Part shown: in pieces, positions 17,863-27,526 of the stretch
How the letters are laid out: every line of letters begins with the position of its first letter
How positions within the stretch are numbered: position 1 is the stretch's first letter
DNA from: Rikenella microfusus
GTDB taxonomy: Bacteria > Bacteroidota > Bacteroidia > Bacteroidales > VadinHA17
Length of the DNA: 64,000 nucleotides
Direction: 5' to 3'
Assembly (NCBI GenBank): GCA_020722575.1
Contig: DYKN01000001.1
Coordinates: 130,795-194,794 of the forward strand
Program-made: the position numbers and the translations under genes
The notes under the pieces: generated by a model
Database searches by the model: none
The model's input: the letters and a program-made list of their open reading frames with translations, nothing else
What the model was told of the DNA's origin: nothing

Positions 17863-20517
17863 ATGATGATGAAGAGAATTTTAATTTCAGTGTTAAGTAT
17901 TAATCTGGTTTGTAATTTATCTTATGGACAGGCTGTAAATACTGAGGAGAAGAAGAAATATAATGCTGTTTATGTTACAGAGGCACCAGTACTTGACGGC
18001 AAACTTGATGAGGAAATCTGGAATCAAGGGTTATGGGTAGATGATTTTATTCAGCATGAACCGTATAATGGAAGACCGGCAACACAGAGGACTGAGTTCA
18101 AGATATTATTTGACGATAATAATCTTTATGTTGCAATTAGAGCATTTGACACAGCTCCTGACAGTATTATAACACGGCTTACACGAAGGGACGAGATTGA
18201 TGGTGACTTTCTGGGAGTGATTATTGACAGTTATCATGATTTGCGTACCGGTTTCCTTTTTGCGGTGAGTGCAGCCGGAGTGAAGCTTGACCTGACGTTT
18301 ACAAATGATGGTCAGAACGAGGATTCTTCATGGGATCCAAACTGGTGGGTAAAAACGTCTCTTTTTGATGAAGGATGGATTGCTGAGATGAAAATTCCAT
18401 TCAGCCAGTTACGGTTTGAAAAAAATTCAGGAGACGTCTGGGGATTGCAGGTCGCAAGAATAATTTACAGGAATAATGAAACCACCTTCTGGCAACATAT
18501 ACCAAAAGAGGCTCCTGGATTCATTCATTTAATGGGGGAAATGACAGGACTTGAAAAAATTAAACCGAGAAAAATTTTCGATATTACTCCTTATGGCGTT
18601 GCAAAAGCCGAAACGTTTAAGGCCGAACCTGAGAATCCATTCCTTAAGACAGGGAAAAGATACGGTTTTAACGGAGGAATTGATGCCAAAATAGGAGTGA
18701 CAAACAATATGACAATGGATCTAACCATAAATCCCGACTTCGGTCAGGTTGAAGCTGACCCTTCTGAAGTAAATCTCACAGCCTATGAAACCTTTTTCCA
18801 GGAAAAAAGGCCATTTTTTATTGAAGGTAAAAATATTACAAGTTTTGGACTTGGCATCGGAGATGGTGATATAGGAAACGACAATCTTTTCTATTCGAGA
18901 AGAATTGGCAGGAGGCCACAGGGATATCCTGAACTGAAAGAGGGCTGGAATGCAGATATTCCTACAGCAACAACAATATTAGGTGCAGCAAAACTTACTG
19001 GCAAAACACAAAAAGGAATGTCAGTGGGATTTATTGAGGCCGTAACTGCAGAAGAAAAAGCTGAGGTTGATACAATTGGAGGAAAACATATTTACCAGAC
19101 TGTTGAACCTCTTACAAATTATTTCGTTGGAAGAATACAAAAAGATATTAATGAAGGAAATACTATAATAGGAGGTATCTTTACAAGTACGAACAGGAAC
19201 CTTGACGAGAACATGGCTTCTTTTATGCATAAAAATGCCTTTTCCGGAGGTATTGATTTCACACAGTATTTTAAAAAGAAAAGCTGGATGTTCAATTTGA
19301 ATACTGCATTCAGCAATGTTTCAGGTACCAAAGAGGCAATTGAACTTACCCAGAAATCATCCGCCAGATATTACCAGCGACCTGATAATGATTATGTGAA
19401 CTTCGATCCAGACCGTACGTCACTCTTTGGATCGGGAGGAAAAATCGGTATTCAAAAACTTAACGGCCATTTGAATTTGATGGGTGTGGTAATTTGGAAA
19501 ACACCAGGATTTGAAATAAATGATCTGGGTTATCTGCGTGAAGCCGATAATGTTATTACGGTTCTCTGGGCAGGTTATAACCAGTGGGAACCAAAAGGGA
19601 TTTACAGGAATTACAGTTTCGGAGGCGATATGTTTTTTGCCAGCAATTTTGGTGGCGACTGGCTGGTTAAGGGCTTCGAATGGAATGGGAATATTAATTT
19701 TAAAAATTACTGGCGGGCATGGACAGGAGGTAATGTAACTACATCACAGCTGTCAACCGGCCTACTCAGAGGAGGTCCTATGATGAAGGTACCAGGTAAT
19801 TTCAGCACGAGGTTGGGATTTTCTACCGATAACCGGAAAAAAATAGTTGTTCAGGTTTATGCAAATCAATCATTGGGCCTGGAAGGAAATTCATCAAGCC
19901 TTTACAGTTTTATTGACATTTCTGCTAAACCTTCAAATTATATACAAATATCCTTTAGTCCTGCATATAATCCTTCTTACACCAACCTGCAGTATGTTAC
20001 CCAGAAAGATTTTAATAACAGCCCAAGATATATTTTTGCTCGGATTGACCGGAAAACAATAAGCGCATCGTTGAGAGTAAATGTTAACGTTACACCCGAT
20101 TTTACCCTTCAATATTGGGGGCAGCCTTTCATTGCAACAGGAAAATATAGTGAATTTAAACATATTACTAATCCAATGGCGGATGAATTTACTGATAGAT
20201 ACCATATCTATTCGGCTGATCAGATTAGCCTAAGTTCAGATGGCTACAATATAGACGAAAATGAAGATGGAACAACTGATTATAGTTTCGGAAAGCCTGA
20301 TTTCAATGTTCAGGAATTTCTATCGAATCTTGTGTTGAGATGGGAATTCAATCCTGGTTCTGCATTATATCTTGTATGGAGCCAGCAAAGAAGCTGTTAT
20401 AATGATTCCGGTCAGTTGAATGTGTTTGATGATCTTGGAGATTTATTCAATTGTAAAGACAATAAACCTCACAATGTCTTCCTTGTTAAATTCAGTTACA
20501 GATTTGGTTTAAGGTAA
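17863..20517 (+). CDS. CBM9-like / DUF5916 domain outer-membrane-associated protein
   Basis: 884 aa with a signal peptide. The N-terminal block APVLDGKLDEEIWNQ...LYVAIRAFD is CBM9-like. The long beta-rich C-region resembles DUF5916. Confidence 0.65.
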   Translation: MMMKRILISVLSINLVCNLSYGQAVNTEEKKKYNAVYVTEAPVLDGKLDEEIWNQGLWVDDFIQHEPYNGRPATQRTEFKILFDDNNLYVAIRAFDTAPDSIITRLTRRDEIDGDFLGVIIDSYHDLRTGFLFAVSAAGVKLDLTFTNDGQNEDSSWDPNWWVKTSLFDEGWIAEMKIPFSQLRFEKNSGDVWGLQVARIIYRNNETTFWQHIPKEAPGFIHLMGEMTGLEKIKPRKIFDITPYGVAKAETFKAEPENPFLKTGKRYGFNGGIDAKIGVTNNMTMDLTINPDFGQVEADPSEVNLTAYETFFQEKRPFFIEGKNITSFGLGIGDGDIGNDNLFYSRRIGRRPQGYPELKEGWNADIPTATTILGAAKLTGKTQKGMSVGFIEAVTAEEKAEVDTIGGKHIYQTVEPLTNYFVGRIQKDINEGNTIIGGIFTSTNRNLDENMASFMHKNAFSGGIDFTQYFKKKSWMFNLNTAFSNVSGTKEAIELTQKSSARYYQRPDNDYVNFDPDRTSLFGSGGKIGIQKLNGHLNLMGVVIWKTPGFEINDLGYLREADNVITVLWAGYNQWEPKGIYRNYSFGGDMFFASNFGGDWLVKGFEWNGNINFKNYWRAWTGGNVTTSQLSTGLLRGGPMMKVPGNFSTRLGFSTDNRKKIVVQVYANQSLGLEGNSSSLYSFIDISAKPSNYIQISFSPAYNPSYTNLQYVTQKDFNNSPRYIFARIDRKTISASLRVNVNVTPDFTLQYWGQPFIATGKYSEFKHITNPMADEFTDRYHIYSADQISLSSDGYNIDENEDGTTDYSFGKPDFNVQEFLSNLVLRWEFNPGSALYLVWSQQRSCYNDSGQLNVFDDLGDLFNCKDNKPHNVFLVKFSYRFGLR

Positions 20518-20589
20518 ATGGTTTTTCTGCGACTAAAAGAGTGCAGGAGAAAAATGAAAAAGGGGCTGCTTAAACGATTGCAGCCTCTT

Positions 20590-21006
20590 TCATTTTGATT
20601 TTGTTGTAAATTTTTCAACATTCTGCGAATATACCTGAGCAGTATTAATAACCAAATAAGCCTTGAAATAATATAGTGTTCCGGGATCAAGATTTTTGAA
20701 TTCAATAGCAAATATGCCAGTGTCGGGAGAACTCTTTATTCCGTTGGTGTCAGATGGTGTAAAAAGCTGATTTTTTGATAGTTCAATTCCGTATTCTATA
20801 ATTTTAGCATTACCCAGATATGTAATTCTCCCTTTCAGGATAGCTGAATTGGTTGTGACATCATCAGGGTTCACTTTTAAGGTGGTCAAAATTGGTAATA
20901 CCACCGGATCATCAGAGCATGAATTGACAAGAATAACTACCGTCAAAACCAGAAATACCTTGATAGAATTACCTGAAATAAACCCTTTGAAAAAGTTAAT
21001 TTTCAT
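20590..21006 (-). CDS. Small lipoprotein with Fn3-like domain (same domain type as the N-terminus of 4297-5334)
   Basis: Lipobox LVNSCSDD. The domain pattern AILKGRITYLG...EYGIEL...LDPGTLYYFKAY...FTT parallels ATLNGTV...EYD...LLPGTTYRFRL...FTT. Confidence 0.55.
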   Translation of the reverse strand: MKINFFKGFISGNSIKVFLVLTVVILVNSCSDDPVVLPILTTLKVNPDDVTTNSAILKGRITYLGNAKIIEYGIELSKNQLFTPSDTNGIKSSPDTGIFAIEFKNLDPGTLYYFKAYLVINTAQVYSQNVEKFTTKSK

Positions 21007-21158
21007 TTGGGAAATTTTGAATATAGAGCAAATATATGTTTTAAAGCAATGATTTGCAATAATAATGATGCTTTTTTCGAATTGCGGATATCAATATTTC
21101 AATATTAAGTTTAATTTTTTTAATAATACTTATTTTTGACCTTATGTAACTCATAATC

Positions 21159-21653
21159 ATGATGCGCACGAGGGTAATTAAAATGGCAAATGAAATTATT
21201 GAAAAGTCATTTCCTGAGCTCCGGAAGAAATGCATACTGTTTGTCATTTTACCTTTCAGATTTTATGCTCTTTCATTATGGATCCCGCCGTTCGGATTGA
21301 TAATAATCAGCTTGCGGACAAAAAAAATCGCAAGCAGTGCACTTACCGGACTTATTGCACATGAACTCTGTCATCAGGAGAGATATCGGAAAATGGGTTT
21401 AATGGGTTATTTGCGATTTACTTTTGGATACATATTTTCGAAAAAAAATCGGATCGATGAAGAACATAATACTGATCGACTTACAATACTTAAAGGATAT
21501 GCTCATGAACTTTATGAACTGAGCCTTGTATCTCAGATAGATCCTCTCCATAAAAAAATTATTGATAATTATATGTCGCCTGAAGAGATATATAATTTTG
21601 CAATTGAGGCGGGGGTGTGGACAGAACCTAATCATATAGACAAAAAGAAATGA
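21159..21653 (+). CDS. Hypothetical protein with HExxH motif (putative zinc metallopeptidase)
   Basis: 164 aa. The only recognisable feature is IAHELCHQ after a hydrophobic segment. The start codon is uncertain. Confidence 0.4.
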   Translation: MMRTRVIKMANEIIEKSFPELRKKCILFVILPFRFYALSLWIPPFGLIIISLRTKKIASSALTGLIAHELCHQERYRKMGLMGYLRFTFGYIFSKKNRIDEEHNTDRLTILKGYAHELYELSLVSQIDPLHKKIIDNYMSPEEIYNFAIEAGVWTEPNHIDKKK

Positions 21654-21713
21654 GATAAAACTATTTTTTATTGAAAAAATCTAACTTTGTATAAAACTAT
21701 AAAAACTTGAACT

Positions 21714-22451
21714 ATGAAAAAATTTATGATTTTTGCGCTTTCGTCAATTATGGTTTTTTTGATTCTATTTCCTTCCTTTTCTCAGGCACCTAACACACTT
21801 ACTTCTAAGGAAAGAAAAGAAGGGTGGATTTTACTTTTCAATGGAAAGGATCTCACTGGTTGGCGGCAGTACAATGGTACAGGTATGCCTGCCAATTGGA
21901 AAATAGAAGACAATGCAATGAAGGTTTTCACCGCTGAGGGTAAAAAACCCGGACAGGGTGCAGGAGGGGATATTATTTTTGCAGACAGGAAATTCAAAAA
22001 CTTTGAATTATCGATTGACTGGAAAACCGAAAAGATGGGTAATTCCGGTATTTTTTACTATGTCAGGGAGGAACCGGGACAGCAGATATATTCGTCGGCA
22101 CCAGAGGTGCAGATTCTCGACAATAAAGATGCTACCGACAATAAAGTTGATAGCCACCTGGCAGGTTCACTATATGATATGCTTCCTGCAGATCCTAAAA
22201 CCTGCAAACCAGCAGGAGAATGGAACAATATCATTATCAGGGTTAAAGACGGAAAAGTTACGCATACTCAGAACGGTGTAAAGGTTGTTGAATATGAACT
22301 CTGGACACCAAAATGGGATGAAATGGTACAGAACAGCAAATTCAAAAACTTCCCCGGTTTTCTTAAAGGAATATCAAAGGAGGGTTATATAGGCCTTCAG
22401 GACCATGGTTATACAATATGGTTCAGAAATATAAAAATTAGAGAACTCTGA
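21714..22451 (+). CDS. DUF1080 (3-keto-disaccharide hydrolase-like) domain protein, secreted
   Basis: Has a signal peptide, EGWILLFNGKDLTGWRQY, SGIFY, PEVQILDN and GYIGLQDHG. Confidence 0.85.
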   Translation: MKKFMIFALSSIMVFLILFPSFSQAPNTLTSKERKEGWILLFNGKDLTGWRQYNGTGMPANWKIEDNAMKVFTAEGKKPGQGAGGDIIFADRKFKNFELSIDWKTEKMGNSGIFYYVREEPGQQIYSSAPEVQILDNKDATDNKVDSHLAGSLYDMLPADPKTCKPAGEWNNIIIRVKDGKVTHTQNGVKVVEYELWTPKWDEMVQNSKFKNFPGFLKGISKEGYIGLQDHGYTIWFRNIKIREL

Positions 22452-22484
22452 ATTGTACTATATTACTTTAGATCATTGCCGGTG

Positions 22485-22513
22485 ACCCCGGGATTTATAA
22501 TACCGGGGTTTTT
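22485..22513 (+). terminator. Intrinsic terminator after the DUF1080 gene
   Basis: ACCCCGG-11 nt loop-CCGGGGT followed by TTTTT. Confidence 0.7.
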
Positions 22514-22572
22514 CCATTTCAAACCAGTAAACTCAATAACCGATAATCTATTACATCTCAACCGTCCAGAAA

Positions 22573-22818
22573 TTACCATGCATCAACCATGCGTATTATT
22601 TGATTATTTATAGCGCAGGTAAGATCTTCATCACTTAAATTACGGCTCAGTTTGTCCTCGGTCTTAATCATAATAAGAGATATAGGTTCCTTAAGTGACC
22701 GGCTAATATTTGATGGCTTAACGTCTTTCGATGCCTGTATGCTGTAAATCATCTCTTTAACTAATCGTTTTTTAACTTTACCAAGATTTTTTGAAATAGT
22801 TCCTGAAAATTTATTACA
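22573..22818 (-). pseudogene. IS4-family-like transposase fragment (N-proximal part)
   Basis: The open frame reads ..FSGTISKNLGKVKKRLVKEMIYSIQASKDVKPSNISRSLKEPISL..KTEDKLSRNL.. and ends at 22573. It has no start and lacks the catalytic part. Confidence 0.5.
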
Positions 22819-22900
22819 TTACATCTTGAACCGGTTCATTAATACAGAATTTTTTAAGGAATTTCGGTTTTTTTATAGCTTTCACTTCACTAGTGTCCGG

Positions 22901-23095
22901 TTAAAAATTCCATAATGATAATTGGTTTTCAACGGACAGGTTATTGACTAAGTTTTTATTATTAAAAAGTTCTTTGATAGGGGTCTTTTCAAACAGAGTA
23001 AGACCCAATGTTTGAGCGAATGTGTATAGCGTTATCGCCAAATCGAGCTTTTTCTTTGTTATAGCAATCAATGAATACGTACAAGTTGCTATCAA
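22901..23095 (-). pseudogene. IS4-family-like transposase fragment (C-terminal about 64 aa)
   Basis: The C-terminal pattern ..LIAITKKKLDL..TLYTFAQTLGLTLFEKTPIKELF....NQLSLWNF is typical of IS4-type transposase ends. The upstream part has been replaced by the IS21-like relic. Confidence 0.5.
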
Positions 23096-23574
23096 TATTT
23101 GACCTGACTGTAAATATTAATTAAAAAGTATACCACATTCTCGTTGAAAAGTATGCCACTTATAATGTTAAACCAGTTGCTCTGATTAATAAAAAGCAAC
23201 ACAAAGGAATATGATAAATATTAATACAAAACAGGAGATTATAAGGAGGTATCTTCTATAACACAGAACCTTTTTTTCGATCGCTGGAGTGAAATTTTTG
23301 GAGATACCGTGGTTAACCGCAGCTATGGTTGACAGGCTAACACATCGGGCTTTAATCATTGACATGAACGGAAAATCCTTCAGGGGTAAAGAAACAAAAC
23401 AAATATAGCATGGAAGCTCATCAGGAGTTCACCCAGATCACAACTCCGTAGATACGGCTAACTTTACTGATCGGATGATGAATGAAAATAACGATAACAT
23501 CAAACAAGAAGTTCTATATTCTTTATTCTTTTGATAATTATGTCCAGGGTATAGGGTGGTTAAGACAATTTTAT
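23096..23574 (+). mobile_element. Internally deleted IS21-family relic (left end, 16 codons of istA, frameshifted 3' end of istB, right end)
   Basis: Left-end direct repeats AAAAGTATaCCAC and AAAAGTATgCCAC are present. An istA-like start MININTKQEIIRRYLL* lies at 23211. An IstB C-terminus lies at 23276-23400 and reads RWSEIFGDTVV.. then, after a frameshift, AAMVDRLTHRALIIDMNGKSFRGKE. Confidence 0.55.
23410..23574 (+). repeat. IS21-type right-end sequence, copy 1 (direct repeat of 48360-48517)
   Basis: About 80-85% identical by eye to 48360-48517. The two share long identical blocks: tggaagctcatcaggagttca, atcggatgatgaatgaaaataacgataa and tatagggtggtta. Confidence 0.8.
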
Positions 23575-23654
23575 TTGTAATCCGTAACGGAATCGAATCA
23601 TCGTCTGAAAATTATGAACCTACCTTCCTGTCCCCTAGACGAACGAACCTTAAG

Positions 23655-24347
23655 CTATCCCTTTCTCGCAATTTCCTCAAGCATATTTTTATCTGTAATT
23701 TTAACGTCTTTCCCGATGAGTTTTAAAATTCCTTCTTTTTCAAATTCTTTCATAAATTTAACTGTGCTTTCTAATGTAATTGATGCAAAGTCTGCAATAT
23801 CCTGTCGGGTTAAATATTGGAAGATATCTTCTTCAAGAAATTCTTCAGAAGATAAATATAGTAATGCTGAGGCCAATTTACCTCTCATTTGTTTAAAAGA
23901 AGTATTTTGAATTATCTCAAGATATCGTGCTTCATTCTTGCAATTATTCGATATAATGTGCATTGCAAAATCATTATTTTTCATTAATAATTGTTTCAAT
24001 GCCGTTTTTTCAATCATGCATATTGTTGAATCTTTCAGGGCTACTGCCGAATAATTATAAATATTATTCCCGAAAATAGTTGAGAAAGCCATGAATTCTC
24101 CCCGTTTTGTCAAACGGATATTTAATTGTTTATGCCTTCCAGTTTGCAAAAATATTTTTACAAGGCCATCAACAACATACAAAATGTATGGAGCAAAAGC
24201 GCCCTGTTTAATTATAATCTCGCCTTTTAAATAAGTTATTTGTGTTTTCCTGCTGGTTATAAATTCCAGCTCGTCGGGATATAAGTACTGAAAACACTGT
24301 GGTAATTTTTTACATTCTTTACAATTATTGTTACTATCTGGTTCCAA
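23655..24347 (-). CDS. Crp/Fnr family transcriptional regulator, FNR-type (N-terminal Cys cluster)
   Basis: Has a cNMP-binding-like fold and a C-terminal HTH. C9-x2-C12-x5-C18 plus C110 reproduce the spacing of the E. coli FNR [4Fe-4S] ligands (C20, C23, C29, C122). Confidence 0.85.
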   Translation of the reverse strand: MEPDSNNNCKECKKLPQCFQYLYPDELEFITSRKTQITYLKGEIIIKQGAFAPYILYVVDGLVKIFLQTGRHKQLNIRLTKRGEFMAFSTIFGNNIYNYSAVALKDSTICMIEKTALKQLLMKNNDFAMHIISNNCKNEARYLEIIQNTSFKQMRGKLASALLYLSSEEFLEEDIFQYLTRQDIADFASITLESTVKFMKEFEKEGILKLIGKDVKITDKNMLEEIARKG

Positions 24348-24517
24348 GCTTTTAGTATTAAAATGTTTGCAAAAATAAATAAAAAAACCGGGGAATAACA
24401 GTAATCTTTATCGCTGAAGCTGAACTCGTTTTGAAATATTTGTATCATGCTTATTGAAATTTTACAACTGGAAAGTTATAATAATTCAAACTTAGCTAAT
24501 TAATATTTAAACTTTCT

Positions 24518-24552
24518 TTTGTAACAGGAAAATTTTATTATCTATAATTTTG
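24518..24552 (+). promoter_or_regulatory. Candidate sigma-A promoter for the redox array
   Basis: TTTG (24518-24521) and TAATTTTG (24545-24552) are separated by 23 nt. The pair lies 22 nt upstream of the ATG at 24574. Confidence 0.4.
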
Positions 24553-24573
24553 TACCCCAAAATTGAACTGTAA

Positions 24574-24918
24574 ATGAACAGGGTGGCAATTCCGGTTTTT
24601 GAAGGTCAGTTAAGCGAATATTTCGGGCAGTGCGATCATTATGAGATATTTGAAATTGACGATGCTACTGTTAAAAATATAGTGTCAGAAGTACCTCCCG
24701 GGGAGTATGTGACAAAATTACCGGAGTGGGCTTCAATTGAAAAAATAACAGATATAATTGTTTACAGAATCGAGAAAAGCATTATCAATTTGTTTGCTCC
24801 TTTAAAAATTAATCTGTTCGTGGGGGTCCATATAAATACGCCGGGTAACCTTATTGAGGATTATATCAATGGGATGCTTAAATTGGATGAGGGTATTATT
24901 TCAGAAATAGTGGACTGA
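24574..24918 (+). CDS. NifB/NifX-family (Nitro_FeMo-Co domain) protein
   Basis: 114 aa. The N-terminal pattern VAIPVFEGQLSEYFGQCDHYEIFEID is typical of this domain. Confidence 0.75.
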   Translation: MNRVAIPVFEGQLSEYFGQCDHYEIFEIDDATVKNIVSEVPPGEYVTKLPEWASIEKITDIIVYRIEKSIINLFAPLKINLFVGVHINTPGNLIEDYINGMLKLDEGIISEIVD

Positions 24919-25050
24919 AATGAGAAATCATACACAAATAATCTGGGTTGAAGCTATTTTGCTTGTTTTTTTAAGGAAAACAGAAAAAAATTATTGGCAT
25001 GTCTAAAAGAATTGCTCATAAAAGAATATATGAAAGAATAATTAATAATA

Positions 25051-25422
25051 ATGTTAAACTTTGATTTAAGAAGTATGAAAATGTTGGAAACAGCTGTTCA
25101 TGAGATTGAAACAGCATCAGAACTTGAGAAGATAATAAATGAAAATGAAAATGTAATGGTTTGTTGTGGACGTATGGGGCCAATGTGTATTCCCGTTTAT
25201 GATTCTATGGAGGAACTTGAAAAAGAACGGACGGATGTTAAATTTTATGTTATGGGATTTGATACACCGGAGGCCTACCCTATAAGAAATGCTCCAATGT
25301 GCCGGGGTTTTACAGGTCTGCCATTTACAGTATATTATAAAAACGGAAAAATGGTAAAAACAACAAGCAGCATCCAGAGCAAGGAACAGATTAAATCAAT
25401 TCTTGATAAGTACTTTGTATAA
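25051..25422 (+). CDS. Thioredoxin-fold protein with non-canonical active site
   Basis: Trx-like layout (VMVCCGRMGPMC...VKFYVM...LPFTVYYKNGKMV). The WCGPC position is replaced by C-G-R-M-G-P-M-C. Confidence 0.65.
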   Translation: MLNFDLRSMKMLETAVHEIETASELEKIINENENVMVCCGRMGPMCIPVYDSMEELEKERTDVKFYVMGFDTPEAYPIRNAPMCRGFTGLPFTVYYKNGKMVKTTSSIQSKEQIKSILDKYFV

Positions 25423-25481
25423 GATTTAATAAATTTATATTACCTTATACTGTCTGATTGTAATTGTAGATTTTGAATGAT

Positions 25482-26408
25482 ATGGATGAAGTATTTGATG
25501 TGATGATTTTAGGAGCAGGAGCTGCAGGTCTGACATCGGGTATCTATTTATCGAGAGCCAGGCTGAAAACACTTATCCTGAATGAAGGTACAATAGGCGG
25601 ACAAATGATCTTGACCAACGAAATAGCAAATTATCCTGGTGTCGAAAAAATAAAAGGGTTCAAACTGGTTAATATAATGAAAAAACAGGCGCAAGATTTT
25701 GGCTGCAATATAAAATCTAACATCAGGATTATAGATTATAATTTAACCGGGAATATAAAGAGTGTTACGCTTGCAGATGGAAGCAGCTTTTATGCTAAAT
25801 CAGTCATTCTTGCATTAGGTGGGAAACCACGTCCTTTAAATATTCCGGGTGAAGAACTGTTTAAAGGAAATGGTGTTTCCTATTGTGCCACCTGCGATGG
25901 TGAATTTTTTACCGGAAAAGAAATAATTGTTGTGGGAGGGGGAAATTCAGCACTCGAGGAAGCAGTTACACTTACAAATTTTGCATCGAAAGTTACCATT
26001 GTTCATCAATTCAATAATTTTCAGGCCTTTGAATATGCAATACAGGAAGCAAAAAAGAATCCTAAAATAAGCTTCATAATGGGATCTGAACTCCGGGAAA
26101 TTAAAGGTAATGGGATACTTGAAGCTGTGATAATCGAAAATCTTGCAACAGGGGAACGATCGGAAATGAAAACGGATGGCATTTTTATTTTCATTGGTTA
26201 CATTCCTAACACAGAGTCTTTAAAGAATGTAGTGAAGACAAATGAACGGAATGAAATTATTGTAGATTCCAATATGCAAACCAATATTTTAGGAGTTTTT
26301 GCTGCAGGCGATTGTATTGTGAAGAAATATCGTCAGATAACAACAGCTGTGGCTGACGGAACCATAGCAGCATTAAGTGCTATAGAATATTTAAGAAATA
26401 AAAATTAA
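25482..26408 (+). CDS. trxB: Thioredoxin-disulfide reductase
   Basis: Has GAGAAG (FAD site), the redox-active CATCDG, GGGNSALEEA (NADPH site) and a C-terminal FAAGD. ATG at 25482 is preferred over the TTG at 25473. Confidence 0.9.
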   Translation: MDEVFDVMILGAGAAGLTSGIYLSRARLKTLILNEGTIGGQMILTNEIANYPGVEKIKGFKLVNIMKKQAQDFGCNIKSNIRIIDYNLTGNIKSVTLADGSSFYAKSVILALGGKPRPLNIPGEELFKGNGVSYCATCDGEFFTGKEIIVVGGGNSALEEAVTLTNFASKVTIVHQFNNFQAFEYAIQEAKKNPKISFIMGSELREIKGNGILEAVIIENLATGERSEMKTDGIFIFIGYIPNTESLKNVVKTNERNEIIVDSNMQTNILGVFAAGDCIVKKYRQITTAVADGTIAALSAIEYLRNKN

Positions 26409-26475
26409 AAGGTATAGGTTAATAAATGTTAAAACTGTATTATTTGTGAATATATCAAAATAATATAAAGAAAGT

Positions 26476-27060
26476 ATGATGATTCAAATAAATTCTTATA
26501 CGGAACTTATATCTTTGTTAAAAAGGGAAAGTAAAGCTTATTTGTTATTATATAAAAAAGGTAGTGAAAAAAGCGATTGTGCCTTTTCCAATATTCAGTC
26601 GGTTAGTGAACAGGTTAAATCTGTAAACATATTTTATGCTGATGTGAATAATGTAAAGGATATACATGAAAAATACCATATTACAACTGTCCCTTCCCTT
26701 CTTGAATTCAGAGACGGAAAACACATCAATACTATTAAAGGATGTAATGATGCTTATCAGTATAAAGCCTTGTTTGAAGATACCCTTTTTCGGGCAGAAA
26801 GAAAAGACGATGAGAAACCGGTAAAGCGGGTAATAGTATATTCAACACCAACCTGTTCATGGTGCAACACACTTAAAGCATATCTTAAATTACATAATGT
26901 TTTATTTAACGACATTGATGTATCTCGCGACCAGAAGGCTGCGGAAGCCATTTTTAAACGAAGCGGGCAAACAGGAGTTCCCCAGATTGAAATAAATGGT
27001 GAAATAGTAGTTGGCTTTAACAAAGCCCGCATAAATCAGTTATTAAATATAAACGGGTAA
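26476..27060 (+). CDS. Fusion of a monothiol Trx-like domain and a glutaredoxin/NrdH-like domain
   Basis: The C-terminal half, VIVYSTPTCSWCNTLKAYL...GVPQIEINGEIVVGF, is Grx-like with CxxC. The N-terminal half is Trx-fold with a single Cys (SDCAFSN) and TVPSLLEF. Confidence 0.7.
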   Translation: MMIQINSYTELISLLKRESKAYLLLYKKGSEKSDCAFSNIQSVSEQVKSVNIFYADVNNVKDIHEKYHITTVPSLLEFRDGKHINTIKGCNDAYQYKALFEDTLFRAERKDDEKPVKRVIVYSTPTCSWCNTLKAYLKLHNVLFNDIDVSRDQKAAEAIFKRSGQTGVPQIEINGEIVVGFNKARINQLLNING

Positions 27061-27116
27061 CATTAATTGCATTTTAAATATAAAATAAAATTGTTTAACA
27101 ATAAAACATAATCATT

Positions 27117-27404
27117 ATGAATGAGTTACAACCTATAAATCAAAATGTGTTATTGGAAATAACAGATGATAGAAAAGAACAAAAAACATTGTCGGGTATA
27201 ATTATCCCTGATTCGGCATTGGAAAAACGAGCTATCGGGAAAGTTGTTGCAATAGGTTCAATTGAAAATGCCGAAATTGCAGTCGGAGACAGAGTGATTT
27301 ATAAAGAACACGCTGGTATCGAAACAGAATTTGAGGGTAAGAAATATCTTTTTATTCCCTATACTGATATTCTGGCAAAAATTGTAGAAACTGATAAAAT
27401 TTAA
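27117..27404 (+). CDS. groS: Co-chaperonin GroES (Cpn10), not followed by groEL
   Basis: 95 aa. Mobile loop reads KEQKTLSGIIIPDSALEK, then GKVVAIGS and DRVIYKEHAG. The next gene downstream is an OsmC gene. Confidence 0.85.
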   Translation: MNELQPINQNVLLEITDDRKEQKTLSGIIIPDSALEKRAIGKVVAIGSIENAEIAVGDRVIYKEHAGIETEFEGKKYLFIPYTDILAKIVETDKI

Positions 27405-27444
27405 TTTACCGGTTCAGATAATAGGGAAGAAAAACTTTATTATG

Positions 27445-27480
27445 CCCCCATTACATTATGTGAAATTGTAATGGGGTTTC
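27445..27480 (+). terminator. Intrinsic terminator after groES
   Basis: A 10-bp stem, CCCCATTACA / TGTAATGGGG, is followed by TTT. Confidence 0.6.
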
Positions 27481-27526
27481 CCGTAATATTAAGCGTTAAT
27501 TAATTTAATATAAAAATAAGCTGTAA

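Noticed and set aside
26430-26460. TTGTGaatatATCAA upstream of the Trx-Grx fusion gene as an FNR/CRP box.
   Set aside because: The spacing is N5 rather than N4 and the left half-site is poor. The local FNR-type regulator also has a different recognition helix, so a TTGAT-N4-ATCAA target is not expected.
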